A stretch of DNA of 64,000 nucleotides, taken from NCBI GenBank assembly GCA_964016885.1, contig OZ024741.1, forward strand, positions 240,746,001-240,810,000, in the 5' to 3' direction. The notes below the pieces were generated by a model. That model was given only the letters and a program-made list of their open reading frames with translations, was not told the origin of the DNA and did not search any database. The DNA comes from Eledone cirrhosa. Lineage: Eukaryota. A program made the translations under genes and the position numbers. Shown piece after piece: positions 1 to 11,768 of the stretch (positions are counted from its first letter, which is position 1; every line of letters starts with the position of its first letter).

Positions 1-565
1 TATTAGGGTTTAGTTTGACAGATGTTGGTGTCCCCTAGGCATTTTCAAGCAATGGTATTGTTTAAAAATCGCAAACAAAATCTTCTTTGAATTGCTTTCT
101 TTTTCATGATTTATGAAGATGTAAACACCAAAGGAAACAATATTATCGTTACGAGAAATCTTTAGAAACATAACAGGTAGAGCTGGAGTTGCCTCCCTTA
201 AAAGTTAATGCAAAATATCATCGAGTGACTTTTTTTTAATACTACAGTTTGTGAACGAAGTGCTGTGCACCGGGATCGACATAGAACCACATGGTTACAA
301 ATAGAACTTCTTAACTACTCAATCATGCATATATTTGTGAATATAACTTCGTTGTTTAATGTTAGAATCAGCTACATAGTTGTCTATTTATTGTCTGGAC
401 AGTGTCATATCGAGATAAATTTAATTGGTAATCTGCCTCACATGAAACACACACATACAAACACACAAACACACACATGCACATAGATATACAGGGTCTT
501 TGTATTCATTAGGGCCTCATTATTTTCATTAGATTTCGGTCTCATGACTTTTAGTGTATAAATAA

Positions 566-603
<38 letters not shown>

Positions 604-669
604 TAAAACATGTCTATAGAATCACAAGATAAAATATATACTATTTCCTATATATATATATATATATAA

Positions 670-858
670 AGGATAGAACCACTTTAAAACTAGTTAGATA
701 ATTACTTAATAGAGAACTCTATACATGGGCTGTAAAGTATGGCTATATTAGAAAGAGTCGGCCTCGATTGTTGAGCTCTTGGCGTTTCAACAGCTGAGTC
801 CAGAACTAGCTATTGAAATGGCAAGAGGTCAGCTGTCATGTCCCGACTCTTTCTTATA
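670..858 (-). mobile_element. (TA)n-flanked hairpin element (family also at 870-960, 996-1185, 7662-7852, 49100-49240, 59362-59485); probable PLE-derived 3' end
   Basis: Imperfect ~50-bp inverted arms (agaaagagtcgg...ccgactctttct) plus a unique tail similar to the other copies; bounded by (TA)n on both sides. Confidence 0.6.
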
Positions 859-959
859 TATATATATATATGAACATGTTTAACCCCATTTTCCTATTAC
901 CCACTTTTGAGTACTCTGGAGCGTTATGGTCCATCTGGTTCCTTACCACACTTCCTTCG

Positions 960-995
<36 letters not shown>

Positions 996-998
<3 letters not shown>

Positions 999-1184
999 AA
1001 AAGAGTTAGGACCCTGATGGCTGAGCTCTGACCGTTTTAACAGCTAGATCCAAACCGTTCGGATTTAGCTGTCAAAACGGCAGGAGCTGAGCTATTGGGG
1101 TCCTGACTCTTTTCCTAATACCCACTCTACTACCCTAGGTATTGAGTCTTATGGTCCACCTGGTATCTTACCATACCCTCATGT

Positions 1185-1185
<1 letters not shown>
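996..1185 (+). mobile_element. (TA)n-flanked hairpin element, same family as 7662-7852
   Basis: Arms aggaaaagagttaggaccc / ggggtcctgactcttttcct, then tail cccactctactaccctaggtattgagtc...atggtccacctgg ending in (TA)n. Confidence 0.65.
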
Positions 1186-1237
<52 letters not shown>

Positions 1238-2918
1238 TGACATTGCTCAGTAAATAGATGGATCAATGGATAATTTCTTGGAAAATATCAATTGTAACTT
1301 TGCATAAATATGTTATTTGAAACACATATTCAGTGTGTGTTTGTTCTTGCTTTTGTTCCATCATGTAGTAGTTCAGCAAATAGAGAGCGACAATAAGTAA
1401 TATATTGGAATAAATACTAGCATCAATATGATCGCTGAAATTCTTTAACACTTTGACCCGGTATGACTGCAAACCAGTTGAATAACTGGAATCAAATCAT
1501 TGAAAGATCAGATTCATTTTTATTGTTATGGTTCATTTGCTTTGTTGTGTGTGTATACAACTAAAATATCACTGCATTTCACCTCCCTTAAACATGACCA
1601 GAACACAATTAAAGTCTCCATATTTGCTTCAAATGCTAGGCTTCATTCTTAGTAAGGGTCTCTCATGATAAACACACATCTAACCATAGATAGAACTGCA
1701 TCTAACAGACTAGTCCCAACTTCTGACCTTTTACAATGTACAGGTAAAACTCATAATAGAGAGGTAAAAGACCACTTGTCTGATTGGCATGAAGTCACTG
1801 ACAGAAACTCTGCAGCTTCTGGTTCATATTTCTACTACTACTGTGGCATCTGTTGCTTGGTACTGGCTCACCTTATTCTACCTTTTCTCAGGAACTGGTG
1901 CCTCACTTGTTACTCTCCTTCTTATCACCCATATTATGTCCAACTCCCCATGCCCTACAATAGCCACAATGCCTAAATCTTCTTACCAGAATGACATCTC
2001 TCTAGAATTCCTCCCCCGAACATGTCTTTCATGCTGGAGTCAACATGCAACAATTTAAACTTAACATCTACAGCTTCAACCTCTTCAGTCTCAGATGGCT
2101 TACAAAGGTCATGGGCCCAGGCTTTTGCTCCAGATTTAATAAAATTTTAAAAAACACCACCACCATGTACTATCACACCATCACATAATGAACCACACAA
2201 CCCCACAACCTCTATCACACTATAACATCAAAATGCACCAACACCAGCATGACAACACTCTGCCATAACCACCACCACGACAATGACATCAGTAGGTCAT
2301 ACATATTGTCTCTTTCTCTTTTTAATGAAATAACTTTTGATGTAGGATAAATTGTTTAAATGACAACTAAAGAAAATGTTCCAAAGTATTGAGAGACCCC
2401 CTATTTTGGGCAAAAAAATCTGAAATTTTCCATAGACCTCATATAAAAGTCAACCCTAGTATTTTATGGATAACAGGTCAACATCTGTGGGTCAAGGTAT
2501 CACCCCGTATGTAGAAATAATAGTTACAAAATCTTGAATTTAAGGCAAGTTTATAGTATTGCAAATTCATGTCTGAAACTAAACATTTACCCAAATGTGA
2601 GCTAAAAGTGTGATGGATATGAATAGAAGAGCAAGTGTAATTACTTATAAGAGCTATACATGGCCTTGTTTTTACTAGGACTTGATTTTAACACATAGAA
2701 TCAGTAATATTACTGTAATCCATTGTGTTTTTGTTTTTATTCATTTAGAGATTAGTTGGCATTCTATTACTGATATGGTTCTTTGGATTCTAGTTTGAAT
2801 TTCAAGTAGTAGTATCCATGTAATAGTCGACCCTATAAATTTAATCTTAAAAAATGGTAAAATAATTTGACTTTTACACGAGTATGTTTGTATATATGCT
2901 ATATATATATATATATAT

Positions 2919-3005
2919 ACCCTCTTCCTGCTATATCAAGCGTTAACCTAATATATCCCTTCCATATACTGTACCGATTGTGTTGTTATTTCGGTTTACT
3001 TTTTA
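2919..3005 (+). mobile_element. 3' fragment of the small HHR-bearing element family at 49.25 kb and 56.9 kb
   Basis: accctcttcctgctatatcaagcgttaacctaatatatcccttccatatactgtaccgattgtgttgttatttc is a close reverse complement of 49261-49334; (TA)n on both sides. Confidence 0.7.
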
Positions 3006-3062
3006 CATATATATATATATATATATATATATAGCAACACAAATACATATATTCACAAACAC

Positions 3063-3725
3063 ACAGCTAGCAAGACCTTTGTCAGCTGCTCTCCAGCTAT
3101 CTATTTAAAGCTGTATATAGCTATGGTGCAACCACACTTAGAATTTGCATCACCAGTCTGGAACCCCCATCTTGCTCAAGATTGACCATCTGGAAACTGG
3201 ACAGAGATGTGCACCAAGCGAATACCCTCCATCAGGCATCTACCAGACTCTGAACGCCTTGCTTCCCTGGGCATGGATACATTGAAACTCCGACGTCTGG
3301 CAACTCACTTGGTAAACACCCACAAAATTATTAACCATCTTGCCAACAACAACCCTGAACACCTTTTTGATTTCCATGTGTCTAACACACGTGGGCATGC
3401 TCACAAAGTCAGAAAACAGCAAAGCTCCCATGACTTTCGGAAACATTTTTTCATGCTCAGAGTTGCTGAAGCATGGAACAAACTACCTGCATCAGTTGTT
3501 AGCTGCCGAGACAATGCATCCTTTAAAACCTCCATGCTTCCTGAGATTCGCCAACACTACACCTGATATTCCCCCTCCATACACATGCACACATGTATAT
3601 CATGACTCGTACACTATTCACTTCCCTGATACTTGTATATTATTCTATGTACTATACATGCACCTTTGATGAGTTGTAGTGCACCTGAGCACTGTAGACA
3701 CTCATTTCATTATTATTATTATTAT
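3063..3725 (+). mobile_element. CR1-type LINE, 5'-truncated 3' end (RT C-terminus, 3' UTR, (ATT)n tail)
   Basis: Translations LEFASPVWNP, TKRIPSIRHLPDSERLASLGMDTLKLRRL, TRGHAHK, FFMLRVAEAWNKLP; close match to 31080-31730 on the minus strand. Confidence 0.9.
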
Positions 3726-3793
3726 TGGGTCGATAGAATAAAGTACCAGTAATGCATTGGGTAATTGCTGGCCTTGTGCCAAAAGTAGAAACA

Positions 3794-3838
<45 letters not shown>

Positions 3839-4460
3839 AAGGGCGGTGGATTGGCAGTATCGGTAGAGGGTCGGACGCCATGCTTTCCAGCATAGTTACG
3901 TCCCTTTACGATCTGAGTTCAAATCCCGCCGAGGTTAACTTTGCCTTTCATCCTTACGAGGTCGATAAAATAAAGTACCAGTAATGCACTGGGTAATTGC
4001 TGGCCTTGTGCCTAAAGTAGAAACAATTACTATTATTATTATATATGAGTTCAAATCCCGCCGAGGTTAACTTTGCCTTTTATCCTTACGGGGTCAATAA
4101 AATAAAGTACCAGTAATACACTGATATAATTGCTGGCCTTGTGCCAAAAGTAGAAACAATTTGCCTTTCATCCTTACGGGGTCGATAAAATAAAGTACCA
4201 GTAATGTACTGGGATAATTGCTGGCCTTGTGCCAAAAGTAGAAATAATTATTATATATATGTAGCAGTGGATTGGCAGTATCGGTAGAGGGTCGAACGCC
4301 ATGCTTTGACTCATAGAGTTATGACCCTTACTATTCTGAGTTCAAATCCCGCCGAGGTTAACTTTGCCTTTCATCCTTATGGGGTCGATAAAATAAAGTA
4401 CCAGTAATACCAGTAATGTACTGGGTAATTGCTGGCCTTGTGCCAAAAGTAGAAACAATT
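3726..4460 (+). mobile_element. Cluster of tandem full and partial copies of a tRNA-derived SINE (family B)
   Basis: A-box tggcagtatcgg, B-box gagttcaaatccc, central ctttcatccttacggggtcgataaaataaagtaccag, 3' end ggccttgtgccaaaagtagaaacaattatt; the 3' end recurs 5 times. Confidence 0.85.
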
Positions 4461-4938
4461 ATTATATATATGTAGCATTGCAAAACGTTATGATCAAAGA
4501 GCGTTACCCTCTCTCTTACTATCTATCACAAAGTTTTCCTTTATTTAATATAAATTGCAGTTGCATACATCAAAATAAATGTTATCATCACTTGTCCAAA
4601 GGAATAAGGAGCGTTATGTTTTGTGGGGGTTCATTTTCCTATTTCTGAGTACAAGCTGGACACTCAAACAGACAACTTCCATTTATATGTATAGATATGA
4701 ATATACGTGCTATCACCATCATCATATGTCCATCTTCCATGTTAGCATGGGTTGAACTAAGTCAGTACTTAATCGGAGCTACTGTCCTTTCAGACGAGGA
4801 GGGCTACATCTCACTTACATGTTTTCCTGTCTGGACACGCTTCCTACAGCTGGATGGCCTTCATATCACTTAAAATGTTTACAGAGTGTATTAGGTGCAT
4901 TTCATCGTGACACTAGCACTTGGGAAATCATCGGCTTG

Positions 4939-4975
<37 letters not shown>

Positions 4976-5156
4976 GCACGCACACAGACATCCTTAATGA
5001 TACAATAATAAAATATAGCGAGCGTGAGGTGTCATCAATCGTGCCGGCATAACAAGTAATTATTTTAATCATCAATATTGGCTGACATCTTCGCCAACTT
5101 TACAATGCTCGCACGCAGGCACCTTAGTCATCATTACTATTCTTGTTATCAGTAAT

Positions 5157-5265
5157 AATTGTTTCTACATTTTGGCACAAGGCCAGCAAATTTACCCAGT
5201 GCATTACTGGTACTTTATTTTATCGACCCCATAAGGATGAAAGGCAAAGTTAACCTCGGCGGGAT
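5157..5265 (-). mobile_element. SINE family B, partial
   Basis: Reverse complement of the 3' two-thirds of 3841-4030. Confidence 0.85.
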
Positions 5266-5583
5266 TATCAGTAATAATTGTTTCTACTTTAGGCACCAGT
5301 AATAATGATGTAAGGGAGGCAACTCAAGTGTCTCTGCCGATGCAAACGTAGAATTTCTTATAATTATGGTTTCTTTAACTATTTCATTTTTCTTAGACAT
5401 AGGACTAATATAACTGTTTTGTCTTCTATGGAGATTTCAATGTTGCACAATTCCAGCAAAACAACTTGGCACCCTAACCAGTTGGCTTCTACGTGCTTGC
5501 TCGATTAGCTAGCAAAATTTTCCTCAAATTATACCTTAACCTGTTTTTAACTATGGAAAGGACATATTATGTAATATAGACCA

Positions 5584-5750
5584 GAGGGTCGGGCGCCATG
5601 CTTTGAAGCATAGAGTTACCTCCCTTTATGATCTGAGTTCAAATCCCGCTGAAGTTAACTTTGCCTTTCATCCTTACGGGGTCGATAAAATAAAGTACCA
5701 GTAATGCACTGGGATAATTGCTGGCCTTGTGCCAAAAGTAGAAACAATTA
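5584..5750 (+). mobile_element. SINE family B with 18-bp target-site duplication
   Basis: attatgtaatatagacca at 5566-5583 and 5747-5764. Confidence 0.85.
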
Positions 5751-6016
5751 TGTAATATAGACCAAGCTAACGTAAAATAAATAAATAAATAAAAATAAAT
5801 AACCGTTAGCGATGTCTATGATAAAGATTGATTTATTAAAATCTATTTATCTATTGTCCCCTTTTCTTGTGCGCCTTTGTGGCTAATAAAGAAATATATC
5901 TATCTATCAATTCTTCTCCCCCCCCCCTCTCTCTCTCAACCCGAAACCACGTGGTTGTAAAGCAAACTTCTTAGCCACAGAACTATGACAGCTCAAATTT
6001 GTATAATATAACATGC

Positions 6017-6078
<62 letters not shown>

Positions 6079-6570
6079 AGTCCTTGCTAGTAGGGAAACC
6101 GGACGTTAAAATGATGAGGATAATGATATATATCAGTGTGTATATGTGTATGGTACAGAATTTATTATATTGAAACAAAGTTTCATCAAACCATAGACAA
6201 AATAAGACTATTTATTTTGATTACCTGTGTTAGTCTAAGGTCTGGGAATTATTTTAATGTGTTAGGTAAAGTCTTAAGCAAAGATATGAGGTGTAAATTG
6301 ATTCCACCAAGCCTGTTAGTTAAGATTTAAAGATTTATGTTTCATATAGAAAACCCAAGAGAGGGACTGAAAGAATAATATGATGTTTAAACTAGAATTA
6401 TATTTTTACATGTCTGTGTGTGTGTGTATATATATATGGGTGTGTTAAATAATATATTCATACTGATGAAACTTTAAAGTCACTGCCACTCTTCTACCTA
6501 ATATTTAGTGGTTATTCAGTTAATGTTTGAATGTTTGAAGTGCTATAGTATTTTAAACACATATTCTAAT

Positions 6571-6631
<61 letters not shown>

Positions 6632-6766
6632 AGTTAAACAAGATTCAATGAGTACATCAAAGAATGAGTTTTACAATAGATTGGAAGCACTCTACCGAAA
6701 ATATTTTCCAGAGTTATTAATATTAATTCCAAATATTAACAAAATAGATATTCTTGTGATCAATTA

Positions 6767-6833
6767 TATTTTATTATATATATTTCAGAGGTACTGAATT
6801 AAGTTCAACAGTACGTCCTCATCAGATAAAATA
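6767..6833 (-). ncRNA. Minimal type I hammerhead ribozyme
   Basis: Mirror image of 7521-7587. Confidence 0.75.
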
Positions 6834-7520
6834 AAATGATACATGACAAACCCTGACATGGTAGATAGTTAAGATTTAATCAAGGTAATGATTAACTTAT
6901 GAGAAAACTCAATATTTATACCCTAATATTGAGAACATGAGAAAACGTAATACACTCAATAGAGAGAGTGTGAGTAATATATTTTAAGAAATACATGGCA
7001 TCAATGTAACAGTTATAGAATTTTTAATATTTTTAATATTTAAAAAACTACTAGAGAAATATGCGGGAGGGAAAGCATAGAGGAAGACATAGCTGATGTT
7101 ATAACTTATTTAGTATTTAGCTTGAGAAGACAAATGAAAGATAAATAAAGAGAGAGAGAAAAAGGGGAGTAATTTATGCTCAAGTTTCTACATACACATA
7201 TTCTCTTTATTTATCTTTCATTTGTCTTTTCAAGCTAAATACTAAATAAGTTATAACATCAGCTACGTCTTCCTCTATGCTTTCCCTCCCACATATTTCT
7301 CTAGTAGTTTTTTAAATATTAAAAATATAAAAAATTCTATAACTGTTACATTGATGCCATGTATTTCTTAAAATATATTACTCACACTCTCTCTATTGAT
7401 TGTATTACGTTTTCTCATGTTCCCAATATTAGGGTATAAATATTGAATTTCTCATAAGTTAATCATTACCTTGATTAAATCTTAACTATCTACCATGTCA
7501 GGGTTTGTCATGTATCATTT

Positions 7521-7587
7521 TATTTTATCTGATGAGGACGTACTGTTGAACTTAATTCAGTACCTCTGAAATATATATAATAAAATA
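7521..7587 (+). ncRNA. Minimal type I hammerhead ribozyme
   Basis: Stem I UAUUUUAU/AUAAAAUA (8 bp); CUGAUGA; stem II GGACGUACUG/CAGUACCUCU (9 of 10 pairs); GAAA; 2-bp stem III with palindromic AUAU loop; predicted cleavage at AUA after 7579. Confidence 0.75.
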
Positions 7588-7627
7588 TAATTGATCACAA
7601 GAATATCTATTTTGTTAATATTTGGAA

Positions 7628-7661
<34 letters not shown>

Positions 7662-7664
<3 letters not shown>

Positions 7665-7852
7665 CGAAGGAAATATGGTAAGGAACCAGGTGGACCATAA
7701 CGCACCAAAGGACTCAATACTTAGGGTAGTAGAGTGGGTAATAGGAACGAGTAGGACCCCGACGGCTGAGCTCAAGCCGTTTCGACGGCTAATTCGCGAA
7801 TTAGCCGTCGAAACGGCTTGAGCTCAGCCGTCGGGGTCCTACTCGTTCCTAT
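7662..7852 (-). mobile_element. Hairpin element with a perfect 112-bp palindrome (7741-7852) and a unique tail ending in (TA)n
   Basis: 56-bp arms with no loop, centre aattcg|cgaatt at 7796/7797. Confidence 0.85.
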
Positions 7853-8017
7853 ATATATACATATATATAAAACAAAATTAGAATTTCGTTTTCCGCTTTA
7901 AAATATAGCGGATACATAGATGCATTTATGAATTTTACATTTGCAAGCAAACAGCCTCGTTACACTGTTTTATAGATGGCCATCACCATCCTTTTATTCT
8001 AGCTGTGATAGAGAGAA

Positions 8018-8067
8018 ACAATCGACAATAATATTGTTTCTGGGTTATTGCCCTTTGTCAAGATTGT
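8018..8067 (-). ncRNA. Degenerate type I hammerhead ribozyme
   Basis: Minus strand ACAAUC-UUGACAA-AGGG CAAUAA CCC-A-GAAA-CAAUAUUAUUG-UC^GAUUGU; stems intact, two changes in CUGANGA. Confidence 0.5.
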
Positions 8068-8204
8068 GTATCTCTCTCCTGTCAGACACTAGAACTCTTG
8101 AGAATATATAGTATTCTCTAAAGTATAGATCTGCTGATTAACCTAATTTGCATACTGAGCAATTTTATGGCTGGCTTTGTTAGAGCGAAAAACGAATTTT
8201 AATT

Positions 8205-8274
<70 letters not shown>

Positions 8275-8663
8275 TGATGTGAAAGGATAAGGTGGGAGAA
8301 ATTGTTGAAGACCCGAATAGAATTTTCTGGAAATGTGGAAGTGATATGTGGAGAATGAATGGAATGGCAACATACAGAGCAATCCATTTCTCAGGCCAGA
8401 GAAATGGATTGCTCTGCAGAGGAAATAACTCTGAGAGAGGGAGGAAGATAAACAATGAATTGCAGGGGATTATGGTAATAGTCAATGGTGAATGTTTTGA
8501 AGAGAAATAAAATGAGATAGCTGCGTCATATGATGATCTTTTGGTGTGTTTCACATAGGTGTTTTCATTGTGTGTGCTGGTTCAAGGATTGTGACTGTAT
8601 GTGCCAGACATATACATGAGCCAGGTGGAGCTATGGTGGTTTTTGTGGTATGTCAGGGGCCAG

Positions 8664-9015
8664 TAGTTTGAAGTTGGCTAACAGAGCACTTCTCTAGTGG
8701 CTGCAAAACATTAAGTCAGTTTTCCTGTTGATGGACATTGCAGGTTGCATAATCAGCATTTCTCTCAGAGACAAAATTGACAGTTGTGGTCTCCAGGATG
8801 GCATAGAGGTGCTCTGTCCAGAATGTGCCATTTAATGCTAGGGATATTTTACTCTTGGTCATAGTACCTCCATATAAAATGGGACAGCGAGGTGGAATCC
8901 TCCATGTTCCTGCACTTAAAGAAGTGTGTATGCCGAGTATATCTACCCTTAAAGTCATTGGCCATTAGGCCTGTATATTTCCTCTGTATTTTGTGGTATA
9001 GGTATATGTACCACA
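8664..9015 (-). pseudogene. Penelope-like element GIY-YIG endonuclease, C-terminal part, disrupted
   Basis: Joined across frames: KYTGLMANDFKGRYTRH..STSLSHFIW / IKWHILDRAP..NCQFCL*EK / LI..SINRKTDLMFCSH*RSALLANFK; same motif order as 62690-63057. Confidence 0.75.
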
Positions 9016-10269
9016 AGATCAAAATATTCAAATCACACTAAAATATATTTTATTTTCATCCTTTCAGGGTCAATAAATTAAATGTTAATATTGTAATGAG
9101 TGTGGATCAAAGAAACAAGAATTACAATTCCCTAAATCGTGTTGTTTTGAGCAATAGATAGTTTTAAATAAAAATCAATGTATTGGTAATACACAGTCAA
9201 ATCTCTGTATGTAGCTTTTGTTGTTGCTGTTGTTTGTGTCATCATTGTTTAGACCCATGATCAACTTTGTACAACAAATTTTTCATGAAAGAAATTCTAG
9301 TCAAGACAAGTGCATGTATTGTTTAGGCATAGTGTATCTAGAATGACATATGTCCTTTAATATTTAGGACAGAACTTAATTTAGCTGTTATTTCTAGCTG
9401 GTTTATTGACTATGTAGATGTTCACCTTGTTAGCTCAAAATACTTTACTGAATGGGTTAACTAAGATGTTTTAGTTGTCTTCTATAGAAAGCTGGCCAAT
9501 CTACTTAAAGGGAAAGACTGCTCTGCTTTTTCAAGATTGAACCTGCTCTTCATCACTCTTGCAGCAGACAACCACAACTACTTCAACTGTCGTTGTCTGT
9601 GATAAGTAATTAACATCAGCTTCAGTTTGCTCAAAGCTTGAATCAAACTAAGGAAATTGAATTAAAGTCACCTGAAAAGCAAACAATGATATGGTGGCAC
9701 TTACAGCTGTGTCTGATATAAATATCTCATTGATTTGATGTTCTCTTGCATGAAAGACTGTCAAAGACTTTAGACAATGGCAATACACAGCAAGTTTGGT
9801 TGGTTGGCATTTATATTTTCTCTATTTTGTTGTCATTTTATTTTACTTTTCAAGATTTATGCTGTAGAAGGGCTGTACCCATATATTAGAATAAATGAAT
9901 AAATAAAAACATAAATTTAAAAAAATTCTTAATTTTCATTATATATTTTGAAGATTGATATTTTTTTTAAAGTTTAAAATTTTAATGTTTAATCGACAAT
10001 AAATTGTGTATGAATTTCTAAGAGGAGGAATTATCATTATTATAAACTGACTTATTAATAGTGATTTGAATAAAAGGTTCAGCTTAAAATTCTGAGAACA
10101 TTGATGACAATAGAATCCTGAGGAAGATCAGAGGGTATAACAGCCAAAGTATGTTTATAGCAACGAAGGTGAGGACACCTGTTCGAATAAATCAGTTTAT
10201 AATAATTATCAATGAGTTTAAGATATTAAACATATAATATTGCCATGTGTATTTTGGTTTTTAGAATAG

Positions 10270-10412
10270 GTATACCATATCCCTGCCTGTTGTAATTGGT
10301 GACTAAAGGGGTTGGCATTAGGAAGGGCATCTGGCTGGAAAACATTGTCTCAAAACATCTTGTCCAACCCATGCTAGCATGGAAATGTGGATGTAAAAGT
10401 GATGATGATAAT
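10270..10412 (+). mobile_element. RTE-related 3' end or SINE tail
   Basis: ggttggcattaggaagggcatc...cccatgctagcatggaaatgtggatgtaaaagtgatgatgat, resembling the RTE terminus at 53120-53285. Confidence 0.7.
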
Positions 10413-11304
10413 GAATTTAGTCTGTGATGGAAGATTGTTGATGTCTATATCCTTTAAACAGTGAAGGACTGGGGTAGGAAGCAAATTAAAATTATTTTTA
10501 AAACTTATTTTTTACAGTTTAAGGTTTAATCAGAGAGAGAAGGGCAGAGCCCCGTTAATTTATTCTTTCAGGTACGTTATGACTGATGGAAGTAAGTTAT
10601 CCTCAAACCATAGACCTGCCTAAATGCTTGCAACAAGGTGAATTCTATGATAAAGGCACCCAAGGCCCAGAGTATAATGTTAACCCTTTTGATATCAACT
10701 ACCTGAAACCACCCATGGATCTATAATACAAAACTGTTTATATTAAAGTGTTTATATTTATGAGTAAAGTCACTATCATAATTTTATGTAAGAACCTTTA
10801 AATTATGGGCATTTAAAACCTGGTAGAGCCCATCACTTGTCCAGGTTTGAACACAATTTCTTCCATAGAAGGAGAGAGTGACAGAAGGGAAGTGAGAAAG
10901 AAATATAGTGGCAGAATCAACCCTAATACTGGACGAGTACTTTTTTTATCAAGCTCCAAAGGATGACAAGTAATGTTGGCTTTAGTAGGATTTGAACTCA
11001 GAGCACACACAGCCAGAATGAATACTGAAAAGCAATCGATCTGACATTCTAATGACTTTGCCAATACAGTGCTGATTTAAAATGTGATGATTTATCTAAT
11101 TAACTGTCTCTGGTCAGGAGAGTTAATATACAGATTTAGGTGGAAATTAGCAAAGTCATTAAAACGCCAGAGAGAATGCTTTGTGGTATTGGATCTCTGT
11201 ACTCTCTGCAGAAATCTACTTTGTCTTTCATCCTTTCGAGTGACAATAAAAAAAAATGTACCAGTCTAGTACTGGGGTCGATTCTTCCACTATATCTCTT
11301 ATAT

Positions 11305-11768
11305 ACATACATAATACATACATATTACATACATACTTACTACATACACAGATACATACATACATAATACATACATTCATAATACATACATAATACATAC
11401 ACACTACATACATACATAATACATACACACTACATACATACATAATACATACATACATAATACATAATACATACATACATAATACATACATACATATTAC
11501 ATACATACATACTACATACACACATACATACATACATACATACATACATAATACATACATTCATAATACATACATACTACATACATACATACTACATACA
11601 TAGATAATACATACATTCATAATACATACATACTACATACATACATACTACATACATAGATAATACATACATACATAATACATAATACATACATACATAA
11701 TACATACATACATTCATAATACATACATACATAGATAATACATACATATATAATACATACATACATAT
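11305..11768. repeat. (ATAC)n compound microsatellite (also 12096-12220, 12830-12950)
   Basis: Direct inspection. Confidence 0.95.

Larger units (their letters stand above)
6720..7634. repeat. Long inverted repeat (~433-bp arms, ~48-bp spacer); PLE-type inverted pLTR arrangement
   Basis: 6720-7153 is a near-perfect reverse complement of 7202-7634; each arm carries an HHR; (TA)n on both outer sides. Confidence 0.9.

Noticed and set aside
3-10. Telomere-like TTAGGG at the window start
   Set aside because: Single unit, no array
9520-9675. Possible minus-strand exon after ttgcttttcag or ttccttag acceptors (FDSSFEQTEADVNY...)
   Set aside because: Short, no recognisable domain, no partner exons; would need RNA-seq
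10118-10155. CUGAGGA hammerhead-like remnant
   Set aside because: No GAAA and stems do not pair; at most a decayed copy, not counted
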